From Ancylonema sp. (taxonomy: Eukaryota): a stretch of DNA of 64,000 bases. Numbering within the stretch: the stretch's first letter is position 1; the number at the start of each line of letters is the position of its first letter. This document shows, one piece after another, positions 50,627 to 62,400 of the stretch. A model generated the notes under the pieces. That model did not search any database, was not told the origin of the DNA, and saw only the letters and a program-made list of their open reading frames with translations. The DNA lies in NCBI GenBank assembly GCA_050230475.1, contig JBFLGF010000229.1, positions 1 through 64,000 of the forward strand, written 5' to 3'. Made by a program: the position numbers and the translations under genes.

Positions 50627-53600
50627 ATGGCAAGCAGCCCCTCTGCGGCCCTTTGCGGCGCATTTGTTGCCGCAACGAGTAATGCTTACCCAATCGGCCT
50701 TCCTTTCCTGAACCAACCCCTGAAGCGGTCTGAACTCGTGTCCTCAAGCCATTGGCTTCACATCCCTCGAGCGCACGTCAACGACCCTGGCTGCCAGTCT
50801 AGTGAAGATCTTCCACGGAGAACGTCCATAACCTCTAGTTTGCGCAGTTCCAGTGGAAATGGGGGATTTTTAAGCCAGTCAGAATCTTCGCAGAGTGCGT
50901 CTGCTCTTCATGCTGTTGCCTCGCGAGATGCACCGACAGTCCTACGGGATCCGGAAAACCTGGGTAACGGCTTTCCGGAATCTGTGGAGCAAGCAGCCGA
51001 ACTGGCCCACACACAGCCCTCCGCCCCTGACGCTTCGAAGGATCCCTCACGACTGCCACGTGTCTCTCCGGGGTCACTCCACTATCCACCTGGCTTTCTG
51101 GGAGCGGTTCCTTTGCGAGAAGGGAGTGGAGATGGGGCTGCGCTGATTGACGAGATCGCTGGCCCATACTTGCGGATGGTCCTCACCAGCAAAGTCTATG
51201 ATGTTGCTATCAAATCGCCTCTAGAGTTTGCGAAGAAGCTGAGCAAAAAAGTGGGCAACAAAGTGTTTTTGAAACGAGAAGACATGCAGCAGGTGAAGTG
51301 CACTCCATCCTAGTGTCAGGAATCAGCCGTTGTATACATTCTGAGGGGGCCGTTACACACAGTCCACCAGCCTCGGTACACATAGGAATTTCGACGAGAG
51401 GACACTGAATTGCGCATTCGCAGCAGGTGGAATTGGAATCTAACAGAATCTACTAGTGGACTCTGTTGGTCCCAGGTGTTTTCGTTCAAGCTCCGAGGGG
51501 CCTACAACATGATGGCCCGACTCACTCCCGAGGAGCTTGAGAGGGGGGTCATCTGCTCCTCTGCGGGCAACCACGCCCAGGGAGTAGCGCTCGCAGCTTC
51601 GCGGTTGGGATGCCATGCGGTTATTGCCATGCCCGTCACCACGCCGGATATCAAGTGGAAGTCTGTCAAGGAACTGGGGGCGGAGGTGGTTCTCGTGGGA
51701 GAGGCGTATGATGAGACTCAGGTGTGTACTGGGGCAGGTTGGGGGGATGGGGCGAATGCATCTGGCCAGAATCTTGGGTAGGTGCACCTGGTTGATCCTA
51801 ATGTGCAGTGAGCAGATGTAGCTCTCTGTGTTGGCATGCAAGAGTCGGTTGGTGTGGACCCAAAATGAAGAACAGAGGGGAGGAGGGGTATGGAAGGGGA
51901 CATGAAAACAACCCAAAAAGTTGAATGTTTCCCAAGTCGGTTTGTAGAAGCTACATAGTGACACCTGTCAGTACCGCAGATGCACACATGGCTCAATTCC
52001 CTCCCTCCCCCCTCTGTGACACCTGTCAGGCCTATGCCAAGCAGAGGGCTTTAGCCGAGGGTCGTATCTTTGTGCCCCCCTTCGACCACCCTGACATCAT
52101 CGCCGGTCAAGGCACAGTGGGGATGGAGATTCTGATGGAGCACCCCGGGCCCCTTCACGCCGTCTTTGTGCCTGTAGGGGGAGGGGGGCTTGTCGCTGGC
52201 ATGGCTGCTTACATCAAGAGCCTCAGACCTGAGGTGCACATGCATACCCCCCTCCCCACCCGCATCCCCACCCTGGTGCTGACCTGGCGGTGGTCCCCCC
52301 CCCTTTAGGTTCTGGTGATCGGGGTGGAGCCGGTGGATGCCAATGCCATGGCGCTGTCTCTGCATCATGGGCAGCGGGTGGAGCTGGACGCGGTGGGCAA
52401 GTTTGCAGATGGGGTGGCGGTGAAGGTGGTGGGGGAGGAGACGTTCCGCCTCTGCGAGGGGCTGCTGGACGGGATAGTGCTGGTCTCCACGGACGCCATC
52501 TGTGCCGCCATCAAGGTACCGCCGACACGCGAATCCGATACACGGTGTCCCTACTCTCCCTCTACTTCAGACGGCAGTGAGTGGTGAGTGCCCATGATCG
52601 GTACTGTTTCTGATTCGGCGTCTACGTCTTCACTTTATTAGGATGTGTTTGAGGAGGTGAGAAGCATCCTGGAACCTGCGGGTGCCCTGGCCCTGGCTGG
52701 AGCCAAGGCGTACTGCGCCCACTACGGGCTGGAAGGGGAGAGCGTTGTGGCGGTGACAAGTGGCGCCAACATGAACTTCAACCGCCTCCGCATGGTGTCA
52801 GAGCTGTCAGACGTGGGGGCCACTCGAGAGGCCGTCCTGGTCACCACCATGCCAGAGAGACCCGGTGCCTTCAAAAGGTTTTGCGATCTGGTGAGTAGGG
52901 GCCAGTAGGGACCCATGGATGGGGGGGTGGAGTGGGTGGGTGGAGGTGGAGGAGGTGGAGGAGAAGGTGGTGACGGTGATGGTGGGGGATGGGGGATGGT
53001 GCAGGTGGGGTCCACCAACATCACTGAGTTCAACTACCGACACAATGATGAGAACGAGGCGCATGTGATGTATCGGGTGGGGGTGAGGGAGGGGGAGGAG
53101 GTGGGAGGGGTGATCGAGCGGATGCGAGCGGGGGGGTATAAGACGGAGGACTTCACAGAGAACGATCTGGCAAAAAGATACTCAAGGAGTCAGGTGTGTG
53201 AAATGGCAGAATGGCAGAATGGCAGAATGGTGGCGAGGCAGAAGTGTGTCTAGGCAGTTGAATAGATCGTCTATTGTTTGGCTACAGTCCCCACTCAATT
53301 CGCCTCCCACGCCCTCCACAGTGTTCTTTGCCTCTGCTATGTTGCAATTGGAATAGAAGTTCGTAGCAAACAAGAGTTGGGAAAAGTTATGATCGACTCC
53401 CCGTTGCGACGCGCTTTGATGGATGACAGTGACAGCAACAGGTCCCACAACTGCAAACTGCCGGGAGCAGAATGTGATTGGAAGAATGTGTGTGTGGGGG
53501 GGGGGGGGGTGTGCAGATAGAGGGCGGCAGCACAATGCCGCATGAAATATTTTTCAGTTTTGTTTTTCCCGAGCGGCCTGGAGCACTGGCTCGCTTTTTA

Positions 53601-54083
53601 GAGCAGTTCTGTCCGACCTGGAACATCACCTCCTTCTTCTATCGGGAGCAGGTGGGGAAGGCCATTTCGATATAATGCATACAATGTGGTACAGTGAAGG
53701 CCACCACGAACATAGGCTAATGTCAGAGGCTCGTCTTAGGAGGGTGACGGGGCAAAAATGAGGTTAAGGATAGAGTCCTTTGGGGGGGGGAAGGTGGTGG
53801 TTATCCGGATGGAAGAGATCGAGGGAAAGAGAGATTTGATGGAAGCGAGCACTTTGGGATGTGATAATGGATGGGGGGCTGTGTGTGGCGGGGAAGTGGT
53901 GATGAGTTTGGGATGTGTTTGGTGTGGGCTACGCAGGGCGAGTCTGGTGCAGACATTCTGGTGGCCTTCCAAGTGCTGCCAGAGGAGGAGGCGGATTTTC
54001 GCGAAAGGGCAGTGGAGCTTGGGTATAAATATCAAGATGAGAGGGAGAACGAATTTATTCGATTGTTTAGGAAGAGGAAATAG
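50627..54083 (+). CDS. OMR1: Plastid biosynthetic threonine dehydratase/deaminase (IlvA/OMR1), full-length copy, multi-exon
   Basis: Transit peptide, [28 protein letters not shown] (PLP Lys), [45 protein letters not shown], two ACT-like repeats (PERPGAF / FPERPGAL), stop 54081-54083. Confidence 0.95.
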
Positions 54084-55158
54084 GGATGGGGTAGTCGAGG
54101 GATGGGAGGGCAAAGCGGTTTTGTAAGGATTGTGTTTGTCTTTTCTGGCTGCAAGTGAAGGGGTGCAGAATACGGTCATTGCAGTCAGGGCTTGTTTTTG
54201 GGGGGCAACTGCGACGATGTGTGAAGGACATCGCTTACTGTGTATTGTGACAATATTTGGTCATTGCGTAGATGCGTTTTTTTGCACTTATCGATTAAGT
54301 GCGGCGAGGATGCGCATATGATACCCTTTGTCCGGTCGTGTTTCCATGAGTGGCAGTATTGGTCCACCACATCCGGCGCAAAGCAAGAAGTAGATGATGA
54401 CAACGATGACCACATTTATGATGATCATGATTACAATGACGGTGGGTGGAGTGACACGAGAGCCCATACATGTTGTCTACGAACTGCCCATCTATAGAGT
54501 TGGCAAGGTGGCGAGACTGGTCCTGGTCGTATCGCACACACTGTGTCCTTCTTGATCGGACCACACCAATAACAACGATTCGGATCCCATGCCGTACTCA
54601 GGACTCCGGAGGAAAGAGAAATTTATCACCAATGGTGCTTTGAGCACAATCATGAAAACGTAATGAAACCTTCATTGTAAAAAGCCCTTCATATGAGTGT
54701 ATGTACAGAGTAATTTAAGCCACACCTAACCACAGCAGTAAAACAACCACGACATAAACCTCACGTCTCATGCCCTCATACCTCATTCGCATCTAGCCAT
54801 CCAGATGACCAGGGGGGGCAGCAGTGCCCCTTCACTCTGATACAAGTAGATGCAGCAAAATGGAAGGTGACAGGGTGACCTCTAGGTGACACCACCCAAG
54901 CCACTCATACCAGCCTTTCTAACAAACATTGTTGTCGTATAAATAACACAAAGTCCTCCCACCTCAACAGCACATAAATCATATGCTACCCATACATGCT
55001 GTATTTATCAAACTGTCTCCTAAATCTCCTCTCTCTATTTCTTGATGTATTCTGCGGGCTAGCATAGCAATTAGCTGGCTTGGCTAGCTTAGGTAGCTTA
55101 GTTAGGTGCCATTTCCTCCCCTTCTGCTGCATTCCTTGTGACGGCACCACCCTCTGTT

Positions 55159-55833
55159 TCAACACCCTTGCTTCTTCTTCAGGTACAGCTCAAGCGCGGC
55201 AAGAACTCCTTCTGAGGCCACATCCTTCAGATCCGCCAGCTGCACGCAGAGGGAGAGACAGCCACTCAGAAACCACACACACACACACCCAATCGTAGAG
55301 AGAGGGAATATGCATCGAGAACGTGCACATGTTTATACACCTCACCTGTCGCAACTTGGGCACCACGTGAGCGAGACTCGGCCTGTCTCCCTTCTCCACA
55401 GCCGAGCACTGCGGTGCCACCTTGGCTATCTCCACCACCACGTCCGCTCGCCACTTGCCAGCTAGCGGGTCCAACACAGCCAGCAGAGTCCCGGGCTTCT
55501 TTAACGCCCTCTCCACGCACCCTAGCGCTGACGTGGTGAGCTTCCCTGTGAGCAGCTGCGCCAGAATGATCCCGAACGCAAACACGTCTGACTCCACACA
55601 CGGCCCGTTGCCTCTCCCCGTCCAAGGGTCATGGTACATAGTCCCCAGAGGGCGGAGCTTTGCGGTGGCTGGAATGAGGGCCCCCAGACCCACCCTCCCC
55701 ACCTTCATCACCACCTTCTCCTTCTTCATCTTGGCGGGCCACCAGCGACCGCCACATGTCGCTCTGTCTGCGTCCCGCTGCCCCCTGGGCTGCAGTCCGA
55801 GAAAGATGTTGGCGGGACTGAGGTCTCTGTGGA
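55159..55833 (-). pseudogene. 5'-truncated duplicate of the kinase-like C-terminus (starts at HRDLSPAN)
   Basis: Copy of 59478-60152, cut at the duplication junction. An in-frame TGA lies just upstream across the junction. Confidence 0.85.
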
Positions 55834-58402
55834 GCCCGACTCACTCCCGAGGAGCTTGAGAGGGGGGTCATCTGCTCCTCTGCGGGCAACCACGCCCAGG
55901 GAGTAGCGCTCGCAGCTTCGCGGTTGGGATGCCATGCGGTTATTGCCATGCCCGTCACCACGCCGGATATCAAGTGGAAGTCTGTCAAGGAACTGGGGGC
56001 GGAGGTGGTTCTCGTGGGAGAGGCGTATGATGAGACTCAGGTGTGTACTGGGGCAGGTTGGGGGGATGGGGCGAATGCATCTGGCCAGAATCTTGGGTAG
56101 GTGCACCTGGTTGATCCTAATGTGCAGTGAGCAGATGTAGCTCTCTGTGTTGGCATGCAAGAGTCGGTTGGTGTGGACCCAAAATGAAGAACAGAGGGGA
56201 GGAGGGGTATGGAAGGGGACATGAAAACAACCCAAAAAGTTGAATGTTTCCCAAGTCGGTTTGTAGAAGCTACATAGTGACACCTGTCAGTACCGCAGAT
56301 GCACACATGGCTCAATTCCCTCCCTCCCCCCTCTGTGACACCTGTCAGGCCTATGCCAAGCAGAGGGCTTTAGCCGAGGGTCGTATCTTTGTGCCCCCCT
56401 TCGACCACCCTGACATCATCGCCGGTCAAGGCACAGTGGGGATGGAGATTCTGATGGAGCACCCCGGGCCCCTTCACGCCGTCTTTGTGCCTGTAGGGGG
56501 AGGGGGGCTTGTCGCTGGCATGGCTGCTTACATCAAGAGCCTCAGACCTGAGGTGCACATGCATACCCCCCTCCCCACCCGCATCCCCACCCTGGTGCTG
56601 ACCTGGCGGTGGTCCCCCCCCCTTTAGGTTCTGGTGATCGGGGTGGAGCCGGTGGATGCCAATGCCATGGCGCTGTCTCTGCATCATGGGCAGCGGGTGG
56701 AGCTGGACGCGGTGGGCAAGTTTGCAGATGGGGTGGCGGTGAAGGTGGTGGGGGAGGAGACGTTCCGCCTCTGCGAGGGGCTGCTGGACGGGATAGTGCT
56801 GGTCTCCACGGACGCCATCTGTGCCGCCATCAAGGTACCGCCGACACGCGAATCCGATACACGGTGTCCCTACTCTCCCTCTACTTCAGACGGCAGTGAG
56901 TGGTGAGTGCCCATGATCGGTACTGTTTCTGATTCGGCGTCTACGTCTTCACTTTATTAGGATGTGTTTGAGGAGGTGAGAAGCATCCTGGAACCTGCGG
57001 GTGCCCTGGCCCTGGCTGGAGCCAAGGCGTACTGCGCCCACTACGGGCTGGAAGGGGAGAGCGTTGTGGCGGTGACAAGTGGCGCCAACATGAACTTCAA
57101 CCGCCTCCGCATGGTGTCAGAGCTGTCAGACGTGGGGGCCACTCGAGAGGCCGTCCTGGTCACCACCATGCCAGAGAGACCCGGTGCCTTCAAAAGGTTT
57201 TGCGATCTGGTGAGTAGGGGCCAGTAGGGACCCATGGATGGGGGGGTGGAGTGGGTGGGTGGAGGTGGAGGAGGTGGAGGAGAAGGTGGTGACGGTGATG
57301 GTGGGGGATGGGGGATGGTGCAGGTGGGGTCCACCAACATCACTGAGTTCAACTACCGACACAATGATGAGAACGAGGCGCATGTGATGTATCGGGTGGG
57401 GGTGAGGGAGGGGGAGGAGGTGGGAGGGGTGATCGAGCGGATGCGAGCGGGGGGGTATAAGACGGAGGACTTCACAGAGAACGATCTGGCAAAAAGATAC
57501 TCAAGGAGTCAGGTGTGTGAAATGGCAGAATGGCAGAATGGCAGAATGGTGGCGAGGCAGAAGTGTGTCTAGGCAGTTGAATAGATCGTCTATTGTTTGG
57601 CTACAGTCCCCACTCAATTCGCCTCCCACGCCCTCCACAGTGTTCTTTGCCTCTGCTATGTTGCAATTGGAATAGAAGTTCGTAGCAAACAAGAGTTGGG
57701 AAAAGTTATGATCGACTCCCCGTTGCGACGCGCTTTGATGGATGACAGTGACAGCAACAGGTCCCACAACTGCAAACTGCCGGGAGCAGAATGTGATTGG
57801 AAGAATGTGTGTGTGGGGGGGGGGGGGGTGTGCAGATAGAGGGCGGCAGCACAATGCCGCATGAAATATTTTTCAGTTTTGTTTTTCCCGAGCGGCCTGG
57901 AGCACTGGCTCGCTTTTTAGAGCAGTTCTGTCCGACCTGGAACATCACCTCCTTCTTCTATCGGGAGCAGGTGGGGAAGGCCATTTCGATATAATGCATA
58001 CAATGTGGTACAGTGAAGGCCACCACGAACATAGGCTAATGTCAGAGGCTCGTCTTAGGAGGGTGACGGGGCAAAAATGAGGTTAAGGATAGAGTCCTTT
58101 GGGGGGGGGAAGGTGGTGGTTATCCGGATGGAAGAGATCGAGGGAAAGAGAGATTTGATGGAAGCGAGCACTTTGGGATGTGATAATGGATGGGGGGCTG
58201 TGTGTGGCGGGGAAGTGGTGATGAGTTTGGGATGTGTTTGGTGTGGGCTACGCAGGGCGAGTCTGGTGCAGACATTCTGGTGGCCTTCCAAGTGCTGCCA
58301 GAGGAGGAGGCGGATTTTCGCGAAAGGGCAGTGGAGCTTGGGTATAAATATCAAGATGAGAGGGAGAACGAATTTATTCGATTGTTTAGGAAGAGGAAAT
58401 AG
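55834..58402 (+). pseudogene. 5'-truncated duplicate of threonine deaminase lacking promoter, transit peptide and PLP-lysine
   Basis: Begins at ARLTPEEL, about 25 bp downstream of the SFKLRG lysine codon. Remainder matches the first copy. Confidence 0.88.
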
Positions 58403-59477
58403 GGATGGGGTAGTCGAGGGATGGGAGGGCAAAGCGGTTTTGTAAGGATTGTGTTTGTCTTTTCTGGCTGCAAGTGAAGGGGTGCAGAATACGGTCATTG
58501 CAGTCAGGGCTTGTTTTTGGGGGGCAACTGCGACGATGTGTGAAGGACATCGCTTACTGTGTATTGTGACAATATTTGGTCATTGCGTAGATGCGTTTTT
58601 TTGCACTTATCGATTAAGTGCGGCGAGGATGCGCATATGATACCCTTTGTCCGGTCGTGTTTCCATGAGTGGCAGTATTGGTCCACCACATCCGGCGCAA
58701 AGCAAGAAGTAGATGATGACAACGATGACCACATTTATGATGATCATGATTACAATGACGGTGGGTGGAGTGACACGAGAGCCCATACATGTTGTCTACG
58801 AACTGCCCATCTATAGAGTTGGCAAGGTGGCGAGACTGGTCCTGGTCGTATCGCACACACTGTGTCCTTCTTGATCGGACCACACCAATAACAACGATTC
58901 GGATCCCATGCCGTACTCAGGACTCCGGAGGAAAGAGAAATTTATCACCAATGGTGCTTTGAGCACAATCATGAAAACGTAATGAAACCTTCATTGTAAA
59001 AAGCCCTTCATATGAGTGTATGTACAGAGTAATTTAAGCCACACCTAACCACAGCAGTAAAACAACCACGACATAAACCTCACGTCTCATGCCCTCATAC
59101 CTCATTCGCATCTAGCCATCCAGATGACCAGGGGGGGCAGCAGTGCCCCTTCACTCTGATACAAGTAGATGCAGCAAAATGGAAGGTGACAGGGTGACCT
59201 CTAGGTGACACCACCCAAGCCACTCATACCAGCCTTTCTAACAAACATTGTTGTCGTATAAATAACACAAAGTCCTCCCACCTCAACAGCACATAAATCA
59301 TATGCTACCCATACATGCTGTATTTATCAAACTGTCTCCTAAATCTCCTCTCTCTATTTCTTGATGTATTCTGCGGGCTAGCATAGCAATTAGCTGGCTT
59401 GGCTAGCTTAGGTAGCTTAGTTAGGTGCCATTTCCTCCCCTTCTGCTGCATTCCTTGTGACGGCACCACCCTCTGTT

Positions 59478-62400
59478 TCAACACCCTTGCTTCTTCTTCA
59501 GGTACAGCTCAAGCGCGGCAAGAACTCCTTCTGAGGCCACATCCTTCAGATCCGCCAGCTGCACGCAGAGGGAGAGACAGCCACTCAGAAACCACACACA
59601 CACACACCCAATCGTAGAGAGAGGGAATATGCATCGAGAACGTGCACATGTTTATACACCTCACCTGTCGCAACTTGGGCACCACGTGAGCGAGACTCGG
59701 CCTGTCTCCCTTCTCCACAGCCGAGCACTGCGGTGCCACCTTGGCTATCTCCACCACCACGTCCGCTCGCCACTTGCCAGCTAGCGGGTCCAACACAGCC
59801 AGCAGAGTCCCGGGCTTCTTTAACGCCCTCTCCACGCACCCTAGCGCTGACGTGGTGAGCTTCCCTGTGAGCAGCTGCGCCAGAATGATCCCGAACGCAA
59901 ACACGTCTGACTCCACACACGGCCCGTTGCCTCTCCCCGTCCAAGGGTCATGGTACATAGTCCCCAGAGGGCGGAGCTTTGCGGTGGCTGGAATGAGGGC
60001 CCCCAGACCCACCCTCCCCACCTTCATCACCACCTTCTCCTTCTTCATCTTGGCGGGCCACCAGCGACCGCCACATGTCGCTCTGTCTGCGTCCCGCTGC
60101 CCCCTGGGCTGCAGTCCGAGAAAGATGTTGGCGGGACTGAGGTCTCTGTGGAAGATCGCCACGTCAGCCGCCTGTGAGTGGAGGTACAGCAGCGTGGAGG
60201 CCACGTCAGCGGCAATGTCCACGCGCACAAACCAGGGGAGGGTGGGGATGGTGCAGTCAGGGCGGTTGAGGAAGTGTTCCAGCGTGACGGGGGTGAGCGC
60301 CTGGTAGACGAGGCAGGAGAGGTCCGGGCAGCATCCTATTAGAGGGACGAGGTGCGGGTGTCGGAGGGGGGCCAGCTGCAGCACCACCTTGTGCAGGGCT
60401 GCGGGGGTGGTGAGTTTGGGGCACACCTTCTCCACCACCACCCGCACATCCCCCATATTCCCCATAAACGACCCCAGCGGCCCCTCCTCCCCGACGGCTC
60501 GCCTTGCTGTCAGCATCATGGCCTCCACTACCGGTACAGCATACACGTGGCACTTGAAGTTGAGGGGGGGGGGGGGGGGGGGGCTCCACCTCCACCACGA
60601 ACACCGTGGGTGCCTTGCCAGGTGGAAGGTCGAAGGAGTCCAGGGTGAGGATGGGATCGCAGTCAGAGGGGCGGTTGCAGGCCTTGAGGAGGGCAAGGAA
60701 GCCGGCAGCCACGGCAGCATCCGCACCCGTGTCAGCTGTCGGCTTCTCATTGGCGCTGGCCTCTAGCCTCTCGACCTCCAGGGCCACCGAGGGGGGGTCC
60801 CATTGGATGCCTACCACCGAGCAGACCTGGATCATGAGGGAAGCAGCGGCAGGGATCTCGAAGCCCTCCTTGGCTCCGTAGCCGGAGAGCAGTTGCCGCA
60901 TTCTGTTCAGCGCTTTCACAGTGGAGAGGTCTTCTGCAGAGCTCGCTTGCTTCGGCTTCTCTGCGCAGTCTGCCGCCTTGGGATTGGTGGGATGGTGCCG
61001 TGATCGAGAGCCAATCGGAGGCTCTGGATGGCTTCCAGAGACGCCGCGTCGATCTTGAACTCGATCTTCGCCATGTCAGCGGTGAGACCTGCCAGGTGGC
61101 GTGCCTGGGACCCCGACAGGTTGTCCTTCATTGACAAGGGGAGCAGTGTGAGGATGTTTGCCAAGTCACGCACTGCCACCTGTGCGGCGGTAGAGATCTC
61201 GGGAGTCTTGATGAGCAGCAACACGCGACTCTGCTTCTCCCCCCCAGCCTTCTCTACCAGCCCCACCACCGACTGCAGCTTGCCCAGAAGTTTCTCGAAC
61301 CGCATGGTGGCCGCCGGGGGGTCTCGCCCCGCCTGCCCCCCCACCGCCTCCACCACCAGCTGCACTTCCCTCAGGAACCCTCGCAGCTGCCTGGAAACTT
61401 CCTCCCCCACTGGCAAACTCCCCACCCTCGTTTCCACCTCCTGGGCCGCCACCAGACTCTGCTTCATCAGCCTGTCGGTCAAGGAACCCGTGTCTGCCCG
61501 CCACGTGGCGCTCCCAAAATCCTCTTCCACTGACCCCTCCCACTCCGACTCGAACTCCTCCTCCCCGAAACTCGACCCCCCCTCCTCGCTCTCATACAAA
61601 TCGTAGAAGTTGTCGGGGAGCTGCACCGACCAGTGAGACGGGTGGTGGTCCGGAAGCAGCGGCGGAGGCAGCAGTTTGTTCGCCAAGTAGTCCTCCAACA
61701 CGACCTTCACCGTGGAAGGAGCATCGGGGAAGTTGGCCAGCCACCCTCGCACCTGCCCCCTGGGCGACGTCAGCACAGAACTGCCTGCTGAGGACCCGCT
61801 CCCCTCGGCTCTCCCTCCCTTCTCTCTGCCTCCCCGCCTGCGTGCAGACGGTGTTGGTGCCCCCTCCACTCCCCTCTCCCCTACCGCCTGCCCACCCCCC
61901 TTCGGTCCCTCTGCCTCGGATGCAGGAGCCAACCCTGCATGGCTGCGCCCATACTGAGCACCAGCGGAATACCCACCTCCCAAGGCACCCCCACCCCCAC
62001 CCCCACCCCTGCCCATCCCACTTTGAGAAGATCCTGTCCGGCTATCATATCCTCCCGACATTCTTCCCCCATATCCGTTGTTGGGATGTGGGTCTGGGAA
62101 GTGGGATGCGCCACCTCCACCCCCATCCCCCCCCCCCCTCGAGTCCGCGCTCCCTCACTTCCTCGTGCGTCATGGGGCCTTCACGGATGACTTTGCAGAT
62201 CACCCACACCTCTGTCCCCTGCTTCTTGTCCTCCCACATCTCCGTATCGCTCTTCAGGGTGTACTCGTACATCTACCACTTCTCCTTCTCGCCCGAGGGC
62301 CCCTCCCGTGCCCCGGGCAGCTTGAAGCGGAATATTCTTCTCTCAGGCCGCCGCTCCCCGCGGTCCTCGAACGCAGTCGGCTGACAGGACTCCTTCCAAC

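Larger units (their letters stand above)
51515..60152. repeat. 4319-bp tandem segmental duplication (51515-55833 = 55834-60152)
   Basis: All ORFs recur at +4319 with identical translations. Blunt junction ...CTCTGTGGA|GCCCGACTC... at 55833/55834. Confidence 0.95.

Noticed and set aside
34081..54083. Metabolic gene cluster (dNK, LCD-like, threonine deaminase)
   Set aside because: No shared pathway evident, and about 10 kb of TE-derived DNA separates LCD from TD.
55726..56283. ORF crossing the duplication junction as a novel fusion gene
   Set aside because: Antisense to TD exon/intron sequence and out of frame with the kinase. The kinase frame has a TGA just upstream of the junction.
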